Part shown: piece by piece, positions 38,001-53,360 of the stretch
Layout of the letters: each line of letters starts with the position of its first letter
Numbering within the stretch: the first letter of the stretch is position 1
From: Ophelia neglecta
Lineage: Eukaryota
Assembly (NCBI GenBank): GCA_965285935.1
Contig: OZ260661.1
Coordinates: 34,906,001 to 34,970,000 of the forward strand
Direction of reading: 5' to 3'
DNA length: 64,000 nt
Program-made: the position numbers and the translations under genes
The notes under the pieces: generated by a model
Told to the model about the DNA's origin: nothing
Databases searched by the model: none
The model's input: only the letters and a program-made list of their open reading frames with translations

Positions 38001-40899
38001 TCTTAAAACCATGTTCGTGAGGTTTTAATTCCCTTCCAGATGTGATATACTTAAAACTGTTATTTCTCAGTATTTGGGACTATTACCAAGTAAAATTCTC
38101 CCATACCGTGAAAACATACCAGTTATCTTTCTAGCAATCATAAGACTGAGAGCTGGATTAGTACTTTCCTATAGTAGCTGGAGTAATCCGAGTACTCCGT
38201 TATCAACACAGTTGGTATGTCGTATCGTTCAAGCCGATACAGCGATAACATTCAAAGACCAACCTATCACAGCGGGTATTACAGCTCAACATCAAAAAAA
38301 TATTCCTGGCGATGAAAATCGATATAATGATTCCATTGTTGATTCAGTAAAAGGGTGACCTAAACCCAATCATTTTATGTTGCATTCAGCGAGTCGGGTT
38401 TGTCTTCTCGTGCCTATTATTTCCTCACACTGGTATTCATGCAGTTTGCATTAGGAGCGATTTCTCTGTAAACGTATATATATATATACCATATATATAG
38501 AGAAAGGAGCTTTCGGTGACCGGAGAGCAACCAGTCAATTCTCACATTTCAATATTCTGGATTAACATATAAACCTGTAGCTGTAAGCATTTTTGTTTCA
38601 GTATATTGACCCTGGGGAGGATTACTTTGACAGCTTATATTTATACTTTCTCTGTCAAACGATGGGTGTAATGGAAGTATCAGAAATTAGATACTAATTA
38701 AAGCACCACCACCCCCACCCCCACCCCCCACAAACCCTCATGAACCCACCCATCACCCATTTTAATCAACGCCTAATCCGACACCAACTAGACTCGCCTT
38801 AACCTTCCCACAAACTATAAAATCTACTATAAAATCTACTAAACCATGAGACAAATGTAAGTGTAATGCGAACAAAATTTTTTGTTGTAGTCTCGAGCCT
38901 TGCAACGTAGCTCGTTTAGTAGAATGTGTGGTTTTATACGTTGCCGTCCAATGTGTTAATTAAATTATGTACTCATTACCGTTCAGTTGTGGATTATTAC
39001 GGTCGGCACCAGAAAACCAGGCTGTCATTATGTTATTGGATAACATATTCTAAAACCTGGCTTATTATGTGGACACCTTAACCTGGCATGTATACACGAC
39101 AGACAATGCAAATAATGCAAACTATCTAAATCACGTATATCACGCACAGCGTAATAAACGATAATCATTTTTAATGTAAATAATAAATAACTTTTATGTC
39201 ACAACATTTATTACATTAAACTGTTGTTGTATCAAATGTTTAATCTCCCTTGAACAATTGCGGTTCATATTATTTCAATGGTATTTTGTGGCCGCTTATT
39301 TTGTTCAACTTGTCTAGTTCGAACTGTAAGTTGTTTTTGAAGGGAATGTAATTGTGACACACGTCACGAGCACGGTAAATGCAAACATTATTTAAATAAT
39401 GATTCAATGGGAAAAAAACATGCATTTTATAACTTGTAAATGATACCATGTATTCTGCTACCTATTACTTGGCGAAACATGTTTATACAATTACAATTAC
39501 CAATTGTTCACATTGGCCAGGGACAGTCATATATGCAACCAATGCAGGCCTCTTAGAAACGTTGGTCTTTATCATATTAAAAAACAATGGCCTTCATAAG
39601 TGATGCCCGCCACACCAGCTAGACCGCTATAAGCATGGTTAAAGGTAAATGTTTGTTTGAACATTTAGAAGTATAAAGGAGAGTGCCAGCTTATGCGTTT
39701 GATATATTGAACTGTATATGTAACACCGACGTACTGTTTATAGAACCATGACATATTTGCAAACACAGGAGACGCCTGAACAACTCATTCTGCCAGACCA
39801 GATAATCTTCACCGAGCTCAAACAGAGCTTGTTGATGACACATTATCCCCATTTGAGATACTCTTAAATACCAATTTGGAAAATTAGTTTTATATACATT
39901 TACACATGTACAATGGTAAAAATTGTTTAGTTCAAATGAATATTTATTGCGTTTTCTTTTTAACAAAATTCCTACTTGCCGTTTGGGTATTTCAGCTGTA
40001 GGTTAAGTGCATGAAATCGTTTCATGGGTGGTAATTTGTACGTTTCAAAATGAGACGTCAACCAGCTGCAGTGTTTTTTGTATTTATTATAGGCCAATGC
40101 GTTATTCCAGAAGGTAGGCCATCTTACATGTCAAGCTAACTCCCGAAATAGTCAGGACAGGCCCATATCTGATCAAGTGTACATATGAAAGCATGATGGG
40201 CCTACAGGCGACCAGATCAATCGTGGATAACGAATGACATAGTGTTTGGTGCCGACATATTCATTGCAGCACAAAATATGGAATTCACTTTTAAAAAAGG
40301 ACTTCAATAGATTCTAAGAAAAAAAAGAAAAGTATATATACAATGTGTACTTGTCAATCAGACATGCTTATATACCATACAAATAAAGTCCACTCGTTAA
40401 AATACATACCACTTGCAATTAAAAGTTGTCGTTCATTGGGATTGAATGTTACTAAATAGTTACCGTGTGAGAGTCATTTGAGAAAAGGGGAAATGAATCA
40501 CTCTACGTAGAAAGTTTCTTTCCAGTTTACTTGAATAAATGGTTAATGGGAAAGTAAAATTACATTTTCGACTGAGAAATTATCCAAGTTTCTATGACGC
40601 TTCACTTTCAATTTATCTAATTACCTGTCATGTTTGTATTGTCGTGCAGTCAACGGTTAAATGGCATGTTTAATTTAGCAAGGATATTGGAAGGACTTAT
40701 ACTAAATAAACCTAACAGCAAAATTAGGTGTTGCCCTTAGTTCTTGCCAATTGCCAAAATATTATATTCTTTTACCACCAGTGTTATTAAGTTTTAGTTA
40801 GCATGACAATACGGAGAGTTAAATATTCATATTTTGCATTGCGAGAACTATCAAAGTAAATCAAAAGCGCCGAGGTTACGTTCTCGTGTGCCTATTTGC

Positions 40900-41060
40900 T
40901 AAGAGTCGCAGTTATCTAATAACAAATTGGACAACTGATCAAATTATGTACGGTGAGTCAAAAACAGAGAGGACTTTGATTACATTACATGAGAGCGGAA
41001 CAGACAATATAAGCCAATTATTAAAGGATTGTGAAGAAGTCGCGAAAGCTTCCTCATTTG
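40900..41060 (+). mobile_element. Possible GIY-YIG (PLE) remnant
   Basis: SYLITNWTTDQIMYGESK has the Y-x12-G-E spacing of the GIY-YIG N-terminus; the DNA reads TAT GTA c GGT GAG (YVGE with a one-base insertion). The cysteines are lost. Confidence 0.38.
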
Positions 41061-44000
41061 ATCGAATTTCCTGGACGGCTGTATATAAACAATAGTATGC
41101 TGTATCCTTATACGGTTGCATGTGTGCTTATGTTGTTACCGAATGTAACAAATATAACAATTTTACATGGTTGGAATGTAGTGGTTAATTTATCATTGCA
41201 TTGGGCTTATGATAAAAGGTTAACAAATAGCAGAAAACTAATGTTTAACATATCACAGCATATAAAGAAGAACAGGAGGTTGCAGCCAATGGTTAACGTG
41301 GGCATGATTTATTAACTTATGAGCCTTGGGGAGGAACCAGTTTGATGTCGAGAATGGCATAAGCGAAGGAACTTAGCCCTAGTTCGGACACGTCGTGAAT
41401 CTGATAAATTTAAGTTTTAACTAAGGCCAAAAAGCAATCATTTCAAGATTACATGTGCGAATTCCTGTACCCACACCCCCCCCCCCCCAATGTTTGACAG
41501 GCTTGTTAACTGCCTGGAAAGTTGGCTTATCGGCTGGCTGAGTATAAGTTCCGCCACCAGGCATTAAGCACACAATATAACGTGTCCAGAGCTCTGGCTT
41601 CGGTTAATCCGTTGGGAAGATAGGGCCACTTAACGTATCACATGACAATTATACATCATCTTGGGTCGATCTATTTCCTAAAGGTTTAAAATGCATGGAA
41701 AACTACTTTGAGAAAATCATGCTTTAGATGAAGAGCAGGGGCGTTATCTGACCGTCATGCTAGTTTCAAATGTAATAGCGTATATGATTTTTTTTTCCTG
41801 ATTATTTCCAAAAAGGTTGCCTGACAACCTAACGCCTTTACCATTAAACACATGGATAAATAAATGGTAGAAAGTACAAGTTAGGACGCAACATATCTCT
41901 ACGTATTTATTATCCTTCATTTATAAATTGAGTGAAGAATATAATTATCTTGAAAACATTAGTGTGTGCCTTTTATCAGGTTGGTTTTGGAATAGAAATT
42001 TCAGTTATTCGCTTAAAGTCTAGTATATAATAGGAGGCTTTGAAAGATTACTCCGAAAGAAGTGTGTGTTATAGTGGCAGCCTAAGGAGAGGAAATTTGT
42101 TTGTACATGCACGTTTTTGTATTCAGAACCAGAATGAGAATCCTCGAGCCAATGTATACTGCTATTATGCTTCGATGAAAATGTTTACACTCTGCCAAAG
42201 CGAAATTTCACCTACCAACACGTCTTGGTTGATTTTAATGATTGCCTTCGTATGTTCATTAAAAATAACTCAATAGCACGTGCGTAAAAAGAAATGGACG
42301 ATGAGAGTCGCCAGAAACCGTCAATTTGCATAGACACGCATGGGATGTCATTCTGTTTTTTTGGTAGGATGCTAATTGTCATCTGCACCCGATACATGAA
42401 CCGGCTTGGAAAGTCGAACCATATAAAAAACGGATCCACAGCACGTAATTACAGTAGAAACTGCCCTTGGAATGGAGAAAAATCATGTTAGTGTGTTTCA
42501 CGGGAAATTGTTTTGCCGAGTGCTGCATCCGATAACTACATACTATAACGAAGGTTAATATGTTCAGTGTTGTATAGTGTCTGAGGCATGCTAAACGGCT
42601 GTTTGACGGGGAAAGCAATTAAAACTACACATGGCAAAAAAATCACTAAATTCAATGCAGTTGCCTATTGTGAAAACAAGAAAAAAACAAGTTTGAATAG
42701 GAATAAATGTAACATAAAGAATAATATTACTGGGCTATAGCGGAAGCCAAACCACAGTTTAAAGGGGGATAAATGTAATAAAGATTACTTTTAGAGATAT
42801 CTAGGCAACAACAACCGCTAGACAGAGACAATTCACTGCGTTTTCCTCCTATGATAGAAGTCCATACTTTTCATAACCGGATAATTGCATTCACATGCTA
42901 TTTAAATGGGGAGAAAAAAAGGGCGTTTTTAAGGGGCTACCTTTAATATCATATAATTATCTGTGCAACAATATTAGAAAGACTTTTTTTGGCAATCTAC
43001 GTAACAATTTTGCGTAATTGTGGACATAAGCCTCATGTTGTTGTTGTTGTCCTATCAAGGCACTTGTATCTATTGGCAAACAATTGATTTCCTGGCGCCA
43101 CAATATTTTTTATTGTCTCGACGTTGTTCTAGAGGGAGAATAAAAAAAACGACTGGAGAGATGTAGCATGAATCCATTATTTGTTACTAGACATTCTTGG
43201 TTATTTCTAGAAATATTTTTGAGAGAAAATGACGAGAAATTATGAGTTGTACCTTCCATTTCTTATCGACACAAGGATGTCTTGAAAAAGACCCTCAATT
43301 CCATTAAAGGGCTATTCATGGTTTGTTGTATTTTATAGTCACTTGTGATAAAAATAGCAAGTGATGCGTGCTTATTATCTTACAATATAAATTAGCACTG
43401 AACCTATGTATAAGTTGTGGAGGTAAAATATGTTAGGGCAGAATACAGGAGAGCAATGTGTAACCACCCACCTTTCCTCACTCTTCGATGTGTTCGTGCT
43501 TTTTGTTATGACATGTGACATTCCCAAAATTCTGGCTGCTGTCCTAGTTTGTTACTGTTAACGCTTTTTGATGATAGCATATGGTTTAAGTGTTGGATTG
43601 AGTAACCGCAATCTTTGATAATATGCTTGTCAAACATTTTAAGCAGTTCACTCCTAGAAAAATAGTAGAAGTCAACAGTTCAACAACCAATGAGTGTATG
43701 TGTGGTTCTTAGAAGACACGAAGAGGTGTATAATTTGTGTGGCAATGTCTGTTTTTACTTGTATAAAACGTACAAGGTAGAATTTTATTAACAAAAGATG
43801 ATGGCAAACATTCCGCGCTTCTTTAGCCTAAGTTGAATAGTCTGCGGCTTCAGATAAGCACATTAATTGCCGAATATTTGTTTCATCCGGATATGATAGT
43901 AAAAGTGTCCTTTTATATACTGAATCAAATATTCTAATATTTAAGTAATATTGTTCTTTTGCAGAAACCGTGCGTTTTAGTCAATAGTGGGGCATATTAA

Positions 44001-47000
44001 GAAGGATACGTTGAAGACCGCTTAATTGAGGATCACATATTCGGTAAGTTGCATACTGTTTCGTATCCTGGCGTTCGCAATTTCACATCATCGTGACTCT
44101 TAAACTTGTATCAAATTAACCCAACGGTTTTCTTTACGAAATGGATGAACCTGGTGGCAAATTTATCTGAAATGAACGTTCAGGCGAAATGTCCGTAATG
44201 GAATGACATTTGATAAGCCACTTCGCTCTGCTTTGAACCAAGCATTTATAACAATTAATGTGCCCTGGATTTTTATGTTCGAAAGCTACCATTTCAACAG
44301 TTAAAAAGGTTTTTTTATTTTGTTTTTTTATCTATACCCTGGTGTCTTAACATGACATATTCTAAGTGAGAATAATGAAAGTATAATCATTGCCTGATCG
44401 GCTGATGAAGGGTCGGGTTAGAGAGTCCAACAAGCTACCGTAGCACTGTCAATTATCTGATAAGCAGTTGTTTTATATAACAGTTGAAAATCGACTCCAC
44501 TACAATAAGCTACCGAAAGTATGCTTATCACTGTGATATGTCCGCAACAAATATCTTCAAAATGATAAGAGGGAATCGACCTTTCATATGCTTAAACAAT
44601 TATCAAATCGGTGCTTATTTGAAACAAAGAGGAAATTTTCGAAAGTAACTTGCATTAGGCATTATATATTATATATATATATACATTTATATATTATAAC
44701 AGCCTAAAATGTCATTCGCAATTTTGCTGATGATCATTACATTCAAATTGCAGGATTATGTTTTTTTTTTCCATAAGGGCGTCTGTAGTTGGTAAAGTAT
44801 CCCGGGTAGACAAATCATTGGCCACAGAATATCCATTCTTCGTTCCACAGGTCTAGCTCATTACTTACTGCCGACCAGTACACATTACATGCTTTAATAT
44901 TTTTTCTTAAATATCAAAGCAAAAGTAATTTCATTGTCACAGCTTATCACACCCACGTGGATGGACAGGAATGCTTGAATAAAGTGTATTATTTATGGAA
45001 TGCATAGTGTATCTGCACCATCATGCTTGTGTGTTCAAAGTCATATCCAACATACGTATAAGGCATGAAGGCACATTTTGGCCGGGATGAGATATATGAG
45101 TATGACAGTGCACAACCAAATTAATGCGAGCATTCATCCTTTTCATCATTCTGATAGTTGAACTTGTCATATGTGAGGACGACCATCTGAATAAATTTAC
45201 ATATACATACATCTCCTTGGCGCGAAACTATTTCCTGTTTGCATGAAATCGCTCTATATCCGGCGGATATTAATGAAATCAGCATGTTTGCGAATGTTAT
45301 ATCTTCTTTGCTAAAAGTGATACTACAACATGTACACGGACACCATCCCCTTCCCCTTCCATATATGGCTGGGTGCGTCGAACACTAGGTTCGGCAGAGT
45401 GTGCAATAGATTTCCGAATGGATCTCATATTACTTATTTTCCACCAGTTTATTGCCTCAATCCACATATTATTGTTTCCCATGGAACCCAGGTACACTTC
45501 GCTGAACTCATTTGCGATAGTTCTTTTTAATATGCCAGTGTTTTCCCTACTCTAAAAGTGGAGTACTAAACCAAGTGTTCTGCTATCGCCTCATTAGGTT
45601 GATTTTCTTTTCCGCTTGTTTTGGGGTGCTATAAATACATTTATGAAAGTCTATGAAGAATAGGACTCAGCCATATAACTTCTTAAGGCAAGCAATTTCT
45701 CCCGATCCAGCAATTTTGAATATTGGGAATGAAAACTGCACATCTGCAAACTGAAAACTGAGACCACACTAAGCCATGTTTTGTGGACTAATTTCTAGTT
45801 CGCCAGAAAAGTGGCTGATCTTTATTTTCATTTGTTGATCCCTGTAGAAGTAATTACTGAAAAACAATTATAAAAAAATGACATCCCTTGGCATATAAAT
45901 GGAGATATCCGCCACGTTCTAGGTGCATTGATCTGCCTCATGTGGCCTGTCTATCTGTGTTCTGGACATAAATTCAAAGCAATTCCACTTTTTTTATAAA
46001 ATTTTGTTAAAGCTGTTTAATCAGGTTTTCTTGGCTTAAACATCGGCTGATTATACAGTGCACAAATCGTGCAATTATTGTTCCACCTTGGAGAAAATGA
46101 CGGTTTACGAAGTCGGCTATATTATATTTTTGTATATTTTCCTCTATAGTTTAGCTGTTGAAGATGTGCACTTTGCTAGGTCAGTAAGACAAGACAGCAT
46201 GTCTGTCACCGTGCAAACCTAGGCTGGCGACAGTTTATGCTCATTAATTATTCATCCAAAAGACCCATGTTATTCATCCCAGAATATCACTCATAAAGGT
46301 TCGTGTAGGTTCAGCTTTCAGGTCGTCAAATCCGATGAATTGGGAAATCACAACAATGCTCCTGCAGGTATACATACACGGAGGGAACCGGATGGTATCC
46401 CTATGCAACGCTGTAAATTATTTAAATCGCCACAATGCCATCACTGCATTTTGTGATTTCATTCAGTCCAAATCTTCTTACAGAATTTGATCTATTTAAT
46501 AACCTGATATTGCCCATTGGGGTTTTAATAGAATATTGCAGGACAAAATGGACGGCAAACACGTTAACCACATTAACTGAGTTTTCTTCCATGTGTTCAG
46601 GCTTGTTGCCTCCCATAAGTCTAATATAGTTGTATTTTCGTTGCCCATCTTAGAAGAAACGAGAACGTCGAGCTGTTGCAGATTCAGTATCATAGTTTGC
46701 GATTAATTTGCTTAGATATCTAAAATATAGAATACCGGAACCAAAAATTCCTTTTAACCTGCCGACCCGAAAATGTACCAGATTGTGAAAGGTTGATAGA
46801 GTATCGCGACGAATTTATAAATATCGAATGCACTTGCCCACGTTTTGTTATTATTGGAGTAACCTCATCCAAGATCAACCAAATATTGTTTCTTTTCATA
46901 CGCAGTTTAATGGATCAATCGGTAAAAATTGTGTAAAATATGTTGGTTAAGGGGCAAAGATGGAGGAATGTATTAAGCTTCCTTCGAAGATATTACTCAG

Positions 47001-49389
47001 GAATGAGATAATTTAGTAAGAACTTGAACACCCCAATAATATAAATAATATAGAACTTAATTCCCCTTTAGATATTATTGTCCAATGTCGAAGAGGCCTT
47101 AAATTAAAAGACTTTGTTAATGTGCATGATAACTGATAAACACTAAATATCAGTCAATTTATATGTTCATATTTTCGTTGCGTATAAATAGTAGACACTG
47201 AAACGGTTACTTTAAGAAGGTAACTACAATCAGCCTTTCTCTGTATAACATGGTCATGGTGAACAGGTTCTTCGCCAATCACCCATCTTAAATCATCGGT
47301 AAGAGCCATTAGAAGCGCCTGTTTCTTCATTTGGAACCTTTACAGCGCTGTATTATGATAAATGATCAGCAATGTACGACGATTAAAACAGGTAACCTAA
47401 TAACGGAGCTTTGATGCTCCAACATGTCACTGGGGCCAGCCGCTGTTACTCCCATGGGTGTCATTGACCGCCATAACATGACAAATGTCCACCATACGGT
47501 TCAGATGTATTGCCGGTAAATGTCTATAATAAGTCTCCGGGACACATTCCGTTCCGTGATAACTATTTCTTGCACGCATATTTTTTTATTGAATTGTGCA
47601 ATACAAACTCTTCAAAGTCAAGAATCCTGATACGACTATTCTGTCTTACGGAAAGGAATTGCCAATAATGAGGGATTTAATGAACATTCGAAGCAATATA
47701 TTTTGATTCGTAATTTATCATACGACATTGTCGCTCTTTACACTTGACATGTTCTTTGGTTGAGATTTATAATGTTATATATCTTAAACATACTAGTTGT
47801 TTCACCCAGAGCACAAATCTATATAGCTTTCGTTTCCTAGCAGTTTAAATTGAAAATATACCTAAATCAAGGGGAAGTACACTAAAACTGTGGCCGATTT
47901 ACGCGTTTCGAATACCAGTTCAATAATTAAGAGTGATTGCCTGATAATGACGAGCACCCCCATGGGGAAAGCGGTGGATTAGTCCAACAACATTGACATA
48001 ACTCCTTTATAAATGAAACGCTAATCCTACTATTTGCTGTATGTTCCATTTGACTAAGCTGTTCTAATGAAACATGATTACAGTCAACAAACATCAGCGT
48101 TCGTTGACGGTAATACGTTCCCTATACCTACCTCATCTTTTACTTCTCCTTTAATAGACTTACAATGTGCAATTGGTTTTACTTCCTTTTTAGGCTACAT
48201 TTACTAGTAATAATAAAACGTCATTCATTTTGCTCTTTCAGCTGTTATTTGTGTGATAAAATCATTCATGGTGTGGCTTAAAAATGATCAGTTTACAGCT
48301 TGGGTGGAAAATCGAAACACTATATATCATATAAGACTCTTTCGTACTGAGCAATTTCATTTGTGCCTTTATTTTGTTTAAGGACATGTTTTATAAAAAC
48401 TAACCTATTGAAACCAAACACATACCTTTGACATGTACGCCTGTACATTTACTTTTTGTTATATTTTATATATTTGTTTATTTCGTAGCCTTACTTGCGG
48501 AAGAATACAATGCACATTATAGTCTGAGATAGGTTATAGGACTATGGTTTTTCAACATAACCTACCCGTAAAAAGATTACCAAAACATGTCAATTAATCA
48601 AACACGAGCTGCATTTTAAATCGTGAGTATATTATTGCCCAAATAAAGTTCAATGAAAAGCACTAGGGCCCATACATAGCTAAGCACAGCAAAGGTTGGA
48701 ATAGTCACCGTGCCCATTACTAGCAATAGCTGCGGGAAACACGTGATATTGGGACACTGTGATAAGGCCACGTTTAGCATAAATTCATTCCTTTTCTAGC
48801 CTTAATTTGGCATGTATTCACACGCTAAATCAGCCTCCAAAAGCCTTTCACTAGTGGGTTTTTTCATTACCTTTCAGCTTCAGCTCGGATGACTGAAACG
48901 TAAAATAGGCCAACGAGCCCCACGTGTCAATCCTTACCAAAGGCTGGTTGTTTATAAAGGGTTCTTGGGCAAGAGGCCAGTATTATCATTTAGAATCCAA
49001 GTCAAGGCATTCAGATACCTAAAGTACGATATCCGGAGCATTTACTCCTGGAATAAGAAAATTAGGTCGTATTTGCTTAACACCAGATGTTCAATGTCAT
49101 CACTCTCTAACAAGTAAATATCTGAGTAATCTGACCTTGAAGTCGAAGTTCCGGCTATTTTATAGCTAAGGTTAAAAGAATAGTTGGCTACCTTCCCAAA
49201 AACGTTGCACTGCTTAGTTTAACTCTGAAAAGAATAATGTTACGACCTCTTTATACGTATAAAACTTCGAAATGAGCAATACAAAATTAGTTAAGTGGCT
49301 TAAATGAGTAATAATGGAATAAATTACTATCAATCAAGAATGAGTTTTTGTCGTTATGGTGAATTTCAAATCAGTTATATTTTTTGTGA

Positions 49390-49830
49390 TTTATTTGAAA
49401 CGGCGGTTTCTTGGGATTCAACGCATGTACTTAGAAAAGTGTCTGTACGTCGACAATAGTCTTGAAATCACAGTGTAAAGGAGGCAGACCAGCCACATAT
49501 ATGTAACACCCCTCAGCATGAGCGAGAATACCTGCTACAACTCTCGTTCGAATCCATCGCTGACTGCCCACATATTGAGAAATGCTCAGTATTGACAGTT
49601 TATGTCTATATTTAGTCGGCGATTTTATGCAGACGTCTGTTAAACTTAATTCCGCAGGTCAAAAACGAGGGCATACTACGTTAAAAATCGCGTTAAGGGA
49701 ACTCAACAAAACTATCTATAAGAATGTATTCCTTTATTTTTGGCAACTCGCCTTTCTTCATCAAGGAATTATAAAATACAAATCGGTTTGCTTTAAAATT
49801 TGGAATACGCCGACTGCTTAAGGGTCGTTT
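49390..49830 (+). mobile_element. APE-endonuclease fossil (L2/Rex1-like)
   Basis: GGFLGFN, ATYM*HPSA (AVYIPPSA-like), LVGDFMQT (GDFNQ), KRGHTTL (TRGxNTLD) and FGNS (GxSDH) occur in the correct order. Confidence 0.52.
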
Positions 49831-52800
49831 TTGCTGTTTCAAAAAACGTGATCATGTGTGTTTTAAATTCAGTTTTCAAGTAGAGGTACCTTGTTTCAAA
49901 CCAGAATGAACTCCTTCGGCTTTGTCGAATCTGCAATTTATCGCAGATGTTCATGCAGTCAAGGGAAGCGTTCCGTTCTCTTCAAATAAGGCCATAGCGA
50001 AGCATTTGGGACATGGCCCTACATTAAATGGCACTTAAAAGGGGGGTGATTACCATCCTGAATACCCTCGAACACAAAAGATGGACAGGAAAAAATGGCA
50101 CCGCCTCTTTCAGTTTATTTCAAATTTCTAAGAACTACGGGCCAGTATTTATCATGTATTCGTACGTAATGTGCAATGTGGGAGACCACAGTACCTGTGT
50201 GCGTGAGGGCAGGAGTGGACTGAAACTAGTAATTTGCTTTCATTTCTACCAAGTCACAATATTTACCATGCTATATTAACTTATTTTACGACGAAGGTTG
50301 AAGGAACATTATTATCATCTCTTTAGTTCTGCTGGAATCTGTTCGATTTCCCGGCCCTATTTATAAAGCACGCACATTTGTGCAATACCTTACGTAATAA
50401 TAACAGACTATGCCTCCAGGCAACAAGATTTTATTTCCAGAAATATGCAGGGCGCTTAATATTTATGTTTGCTTAATTCTACCTTCTCAGGGGCGTAAAA
50501 TTATGATTAGTGTGTAACTGAACCTTGAAGTCGCAGGTATATTTACCTGTTGGCTTATTTCACTTTGGTCTTCAAAGAAAACCCTACTGTTAAATAAGAA
50601 CAAATAACATATATTGGGGTTTGTTTCTTCATATTATTTCATTCCATTTGCGACAAATAGTGATGATCTGTGGTTCCTACCCAGTTGTGGTTTGTGTATC
50701 ACTACTGAAAGGATGGTTTGGTCATTTTCGTCACAAACATGTGAAAAAATCAAAAAGGACGGAAAAGTATACAATTTCAGTAATATAGTCCCGGGAAAAG
50801 AAATATTTTAATGTAAACATTTGTATATGTTAATGAACTGGTTATTTCAACAAAGGTACATGAATATGTAAGTTTGCTTAGTAAACATGTAGAAGGCGTG
50901 TTCTTACCCGAGTACATTTTGCCAATATAAACAGAGATAAAAAAACAGGCCCTCAATTAGGGAAAAATAACATGCGATTATAGCTGTGCTTTTGATGTGC
51001 TGATCACACCGATTAGTCCCTTACTAGATGAATTATCAACATCAATATGAATGTTTACTCCAACGGAGATAATAACACAAATTGTTTTCATACTTTACCC
51101 ATAACTCTATATTCTGGGAAATAATCAACCTCTCTCAAAAACCTATTACCCTGGTTCCCCTGGTACGTTTCATCCGAATGCTCGTCCTCATCATTCTGTG
51201 TTAATATTGGTTTTTTTTTACTTCAGGCCTTGAATTGGCGATGATCAAGCATGTTTATCGGTTAATTGGTGTGTGTGGAAAGTGCAAATTTTAATTACGA
51301 AACTAGTGATATTATACATATTTCAATTTACATTTGTTTTCAGATTGATTAACCCAAAGAATTGTATTTTCCCTAGCTTTGCCTAAATGCCACACAAACG
51401 ATTCACTATAAAACACTGTGAAAATAGACACACTTTTCTACAGGCTGTTCAGGGGTCGGCTTCTATCTATTGACAAGTTGTCAGCATTCTTGTACTTGAG
51501 TAAAAGGATAATAGGTATATTTATTAAAATCAGAATGCTATCCATCACGATATGTAATATTTCTAAAATGTTAATGTGAATCCGTATGTGTGTGTGTCGG
51601 TTTTATTATCAATCACATTGAATGATAGTGTGTTCAAAAGACAACACTTGGGAGGTGTACTCCGTCCCTGCCCCAAAGACCTACTAAGTCAACTAGAGTT
51701 TAGTGTAAACAGTAACTGCTGAGCCTGATCCATATCAATCTTCGTGGAACCTAGGCCATTGCTCGTCTGCCCTATGAACAGACCTTGAATGTTTTTGCGA
51801 TGATACATCAGATAAGAAAAATGCCCTAGACGAACCTAGTGGCCATTTACACACTGTGTAAGGACTACTTTACTCAAGAGTGCCATTTCACATCCAATAT
51901 AAACAAAGAATTCTTAACCGAGACTTGTGATCGGGAAAGTATTTTTGACCGTTACAATAGCAAGTTTGCTTAAGGGTGAGAAGTTGCATATATACCCAGG
52001 AAATGCTCTTCTTCATTTAGATATATAGATGATTTAGTTTTGTTTAATAAAAAAGCTTCAGATAATATGTTAGTGAAATTTATCTACCACTTTTAGAACT
52101 TAAAAATACAACTGACAAGAGACGAAAAGCTACTGCAGTCCATTTTCTCAGACATTCAAGCCTCCTGTAAGATGGAAGCACGGCTGTGACATTGCATACA
52201 TCTCTTGAAACTGAGAAGATAAAGCATTGTTACTCGTTCTGCGGCCTTCTGTGAATGAGGATGCTTGAGACTTAGGTGAAAACGATAATGAGTTGGGAGA
52301 CACTTCGCAGATGTTAGTCAGAGAACATTGTTGATATTGAATCTCCTCTTCGCGGGAATTGCTTATATTTGTGAACAAACATTATTATACATTTTAATTG
52401 GTTCTCTCGACGCTTTTCAAAGTCGGTTTTCATTTAGGACGAAACTAAACAGTGCGGTACATTCCGTTCAACCCCATGTTTCACGCAGAGAAGGGTAGAA
52501 ACTAGCAGATATTGTAGAGCCACAAAATAAATATAAATGGATCCGGGGCAAGGTAGACCGGACATGGTCAAGCGAAAGTCACTTGACATTGGACTAAAAA
52601 GCAGGCTCACGGCCTACATAGTGGCAGATAATTTCAAAATATTCTATTGATAATTACAGTCTCACTTGTAAACAGTAATAAATAAACTGTATGGTGTTCG
52701 TCGTATAGGTTTGCCATCTGAAAAGTAACCATTTAGCCCATCAATATAGTCGTACATGTTTTGCTGCCACAAAACTATATTAAGAAGTAGATTACACCTT

Positions 52801-53019
52801 CTACACCAGATGCATTCTGGTAGACACTTGGCAATGTACTTCCTATCTATCCAATAGATTTCCACCCTCGCTTCTCAAGCAAAGAAACTGATTTCTTTGC
52901 TATGTGTATCCATGTACGTCAGTTTAAACTTGAGGATTCACACCCCTGGATTGGCAGTTCGAAGGCCAGGGCCACCAGTGCCTCATGTTAAATCGTCAAA
53001 ACATGGGACTGGACACCAG

Positions 53020-53360
53020 ACAAACAATGCGCAATACATATCATGTCTGTCAGAATTCAAAAGGAACAGTCAGCTGCATAACCTTCAGTATCATCTTCCA
53101 ACTCCGTAAGTGGAAATGAGCATGTGGAAAAAACTGTTGATGTCCTTTGCAATGTAAATAAGTCAGCAGTTTTCCAACATGAGAGGCAATCCGCATAACA
53201 AATGAGTCAGCGGTCATTTTAGGTCGAAGATTTATTATGTGTCCCAGAAGAGTATACTGTGGAAAAGGTTTTAGGGGTGTATAAATATGTGACTCCAGGC
53301 GAAAATGTGATAATAACACAAGTTTCTTTGGGTTGTAAAATGCAGTTTGAATATGCAACT
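53020..53360 (+). mobile_element. Penelope-like element GIY-YIG fossil
   Basis: In-frame NEHVEKTVDVLCNVNKSAVFQH (53115-53180) matches the PLE EH...KSAxxxH motif. The 18-mer AAGTCAGCAGTTTTCCAA (53160-53177) is shared in reverse complement with 60528-60545. Confidence 0.68.

Noticed and set aside
44400-44445. Hammerhead ribozyme starting at CTGATGAAG
   Set aside because: No GAAA box after a credible stem II.
49510-49565. tRNA or Pol III gene (perfect B-box GTTCGAATCC at 49546-49555, local hairpin)
   Set aside because: No A-box or cloverleaf, and the site lies within an APE-like coding fossil.
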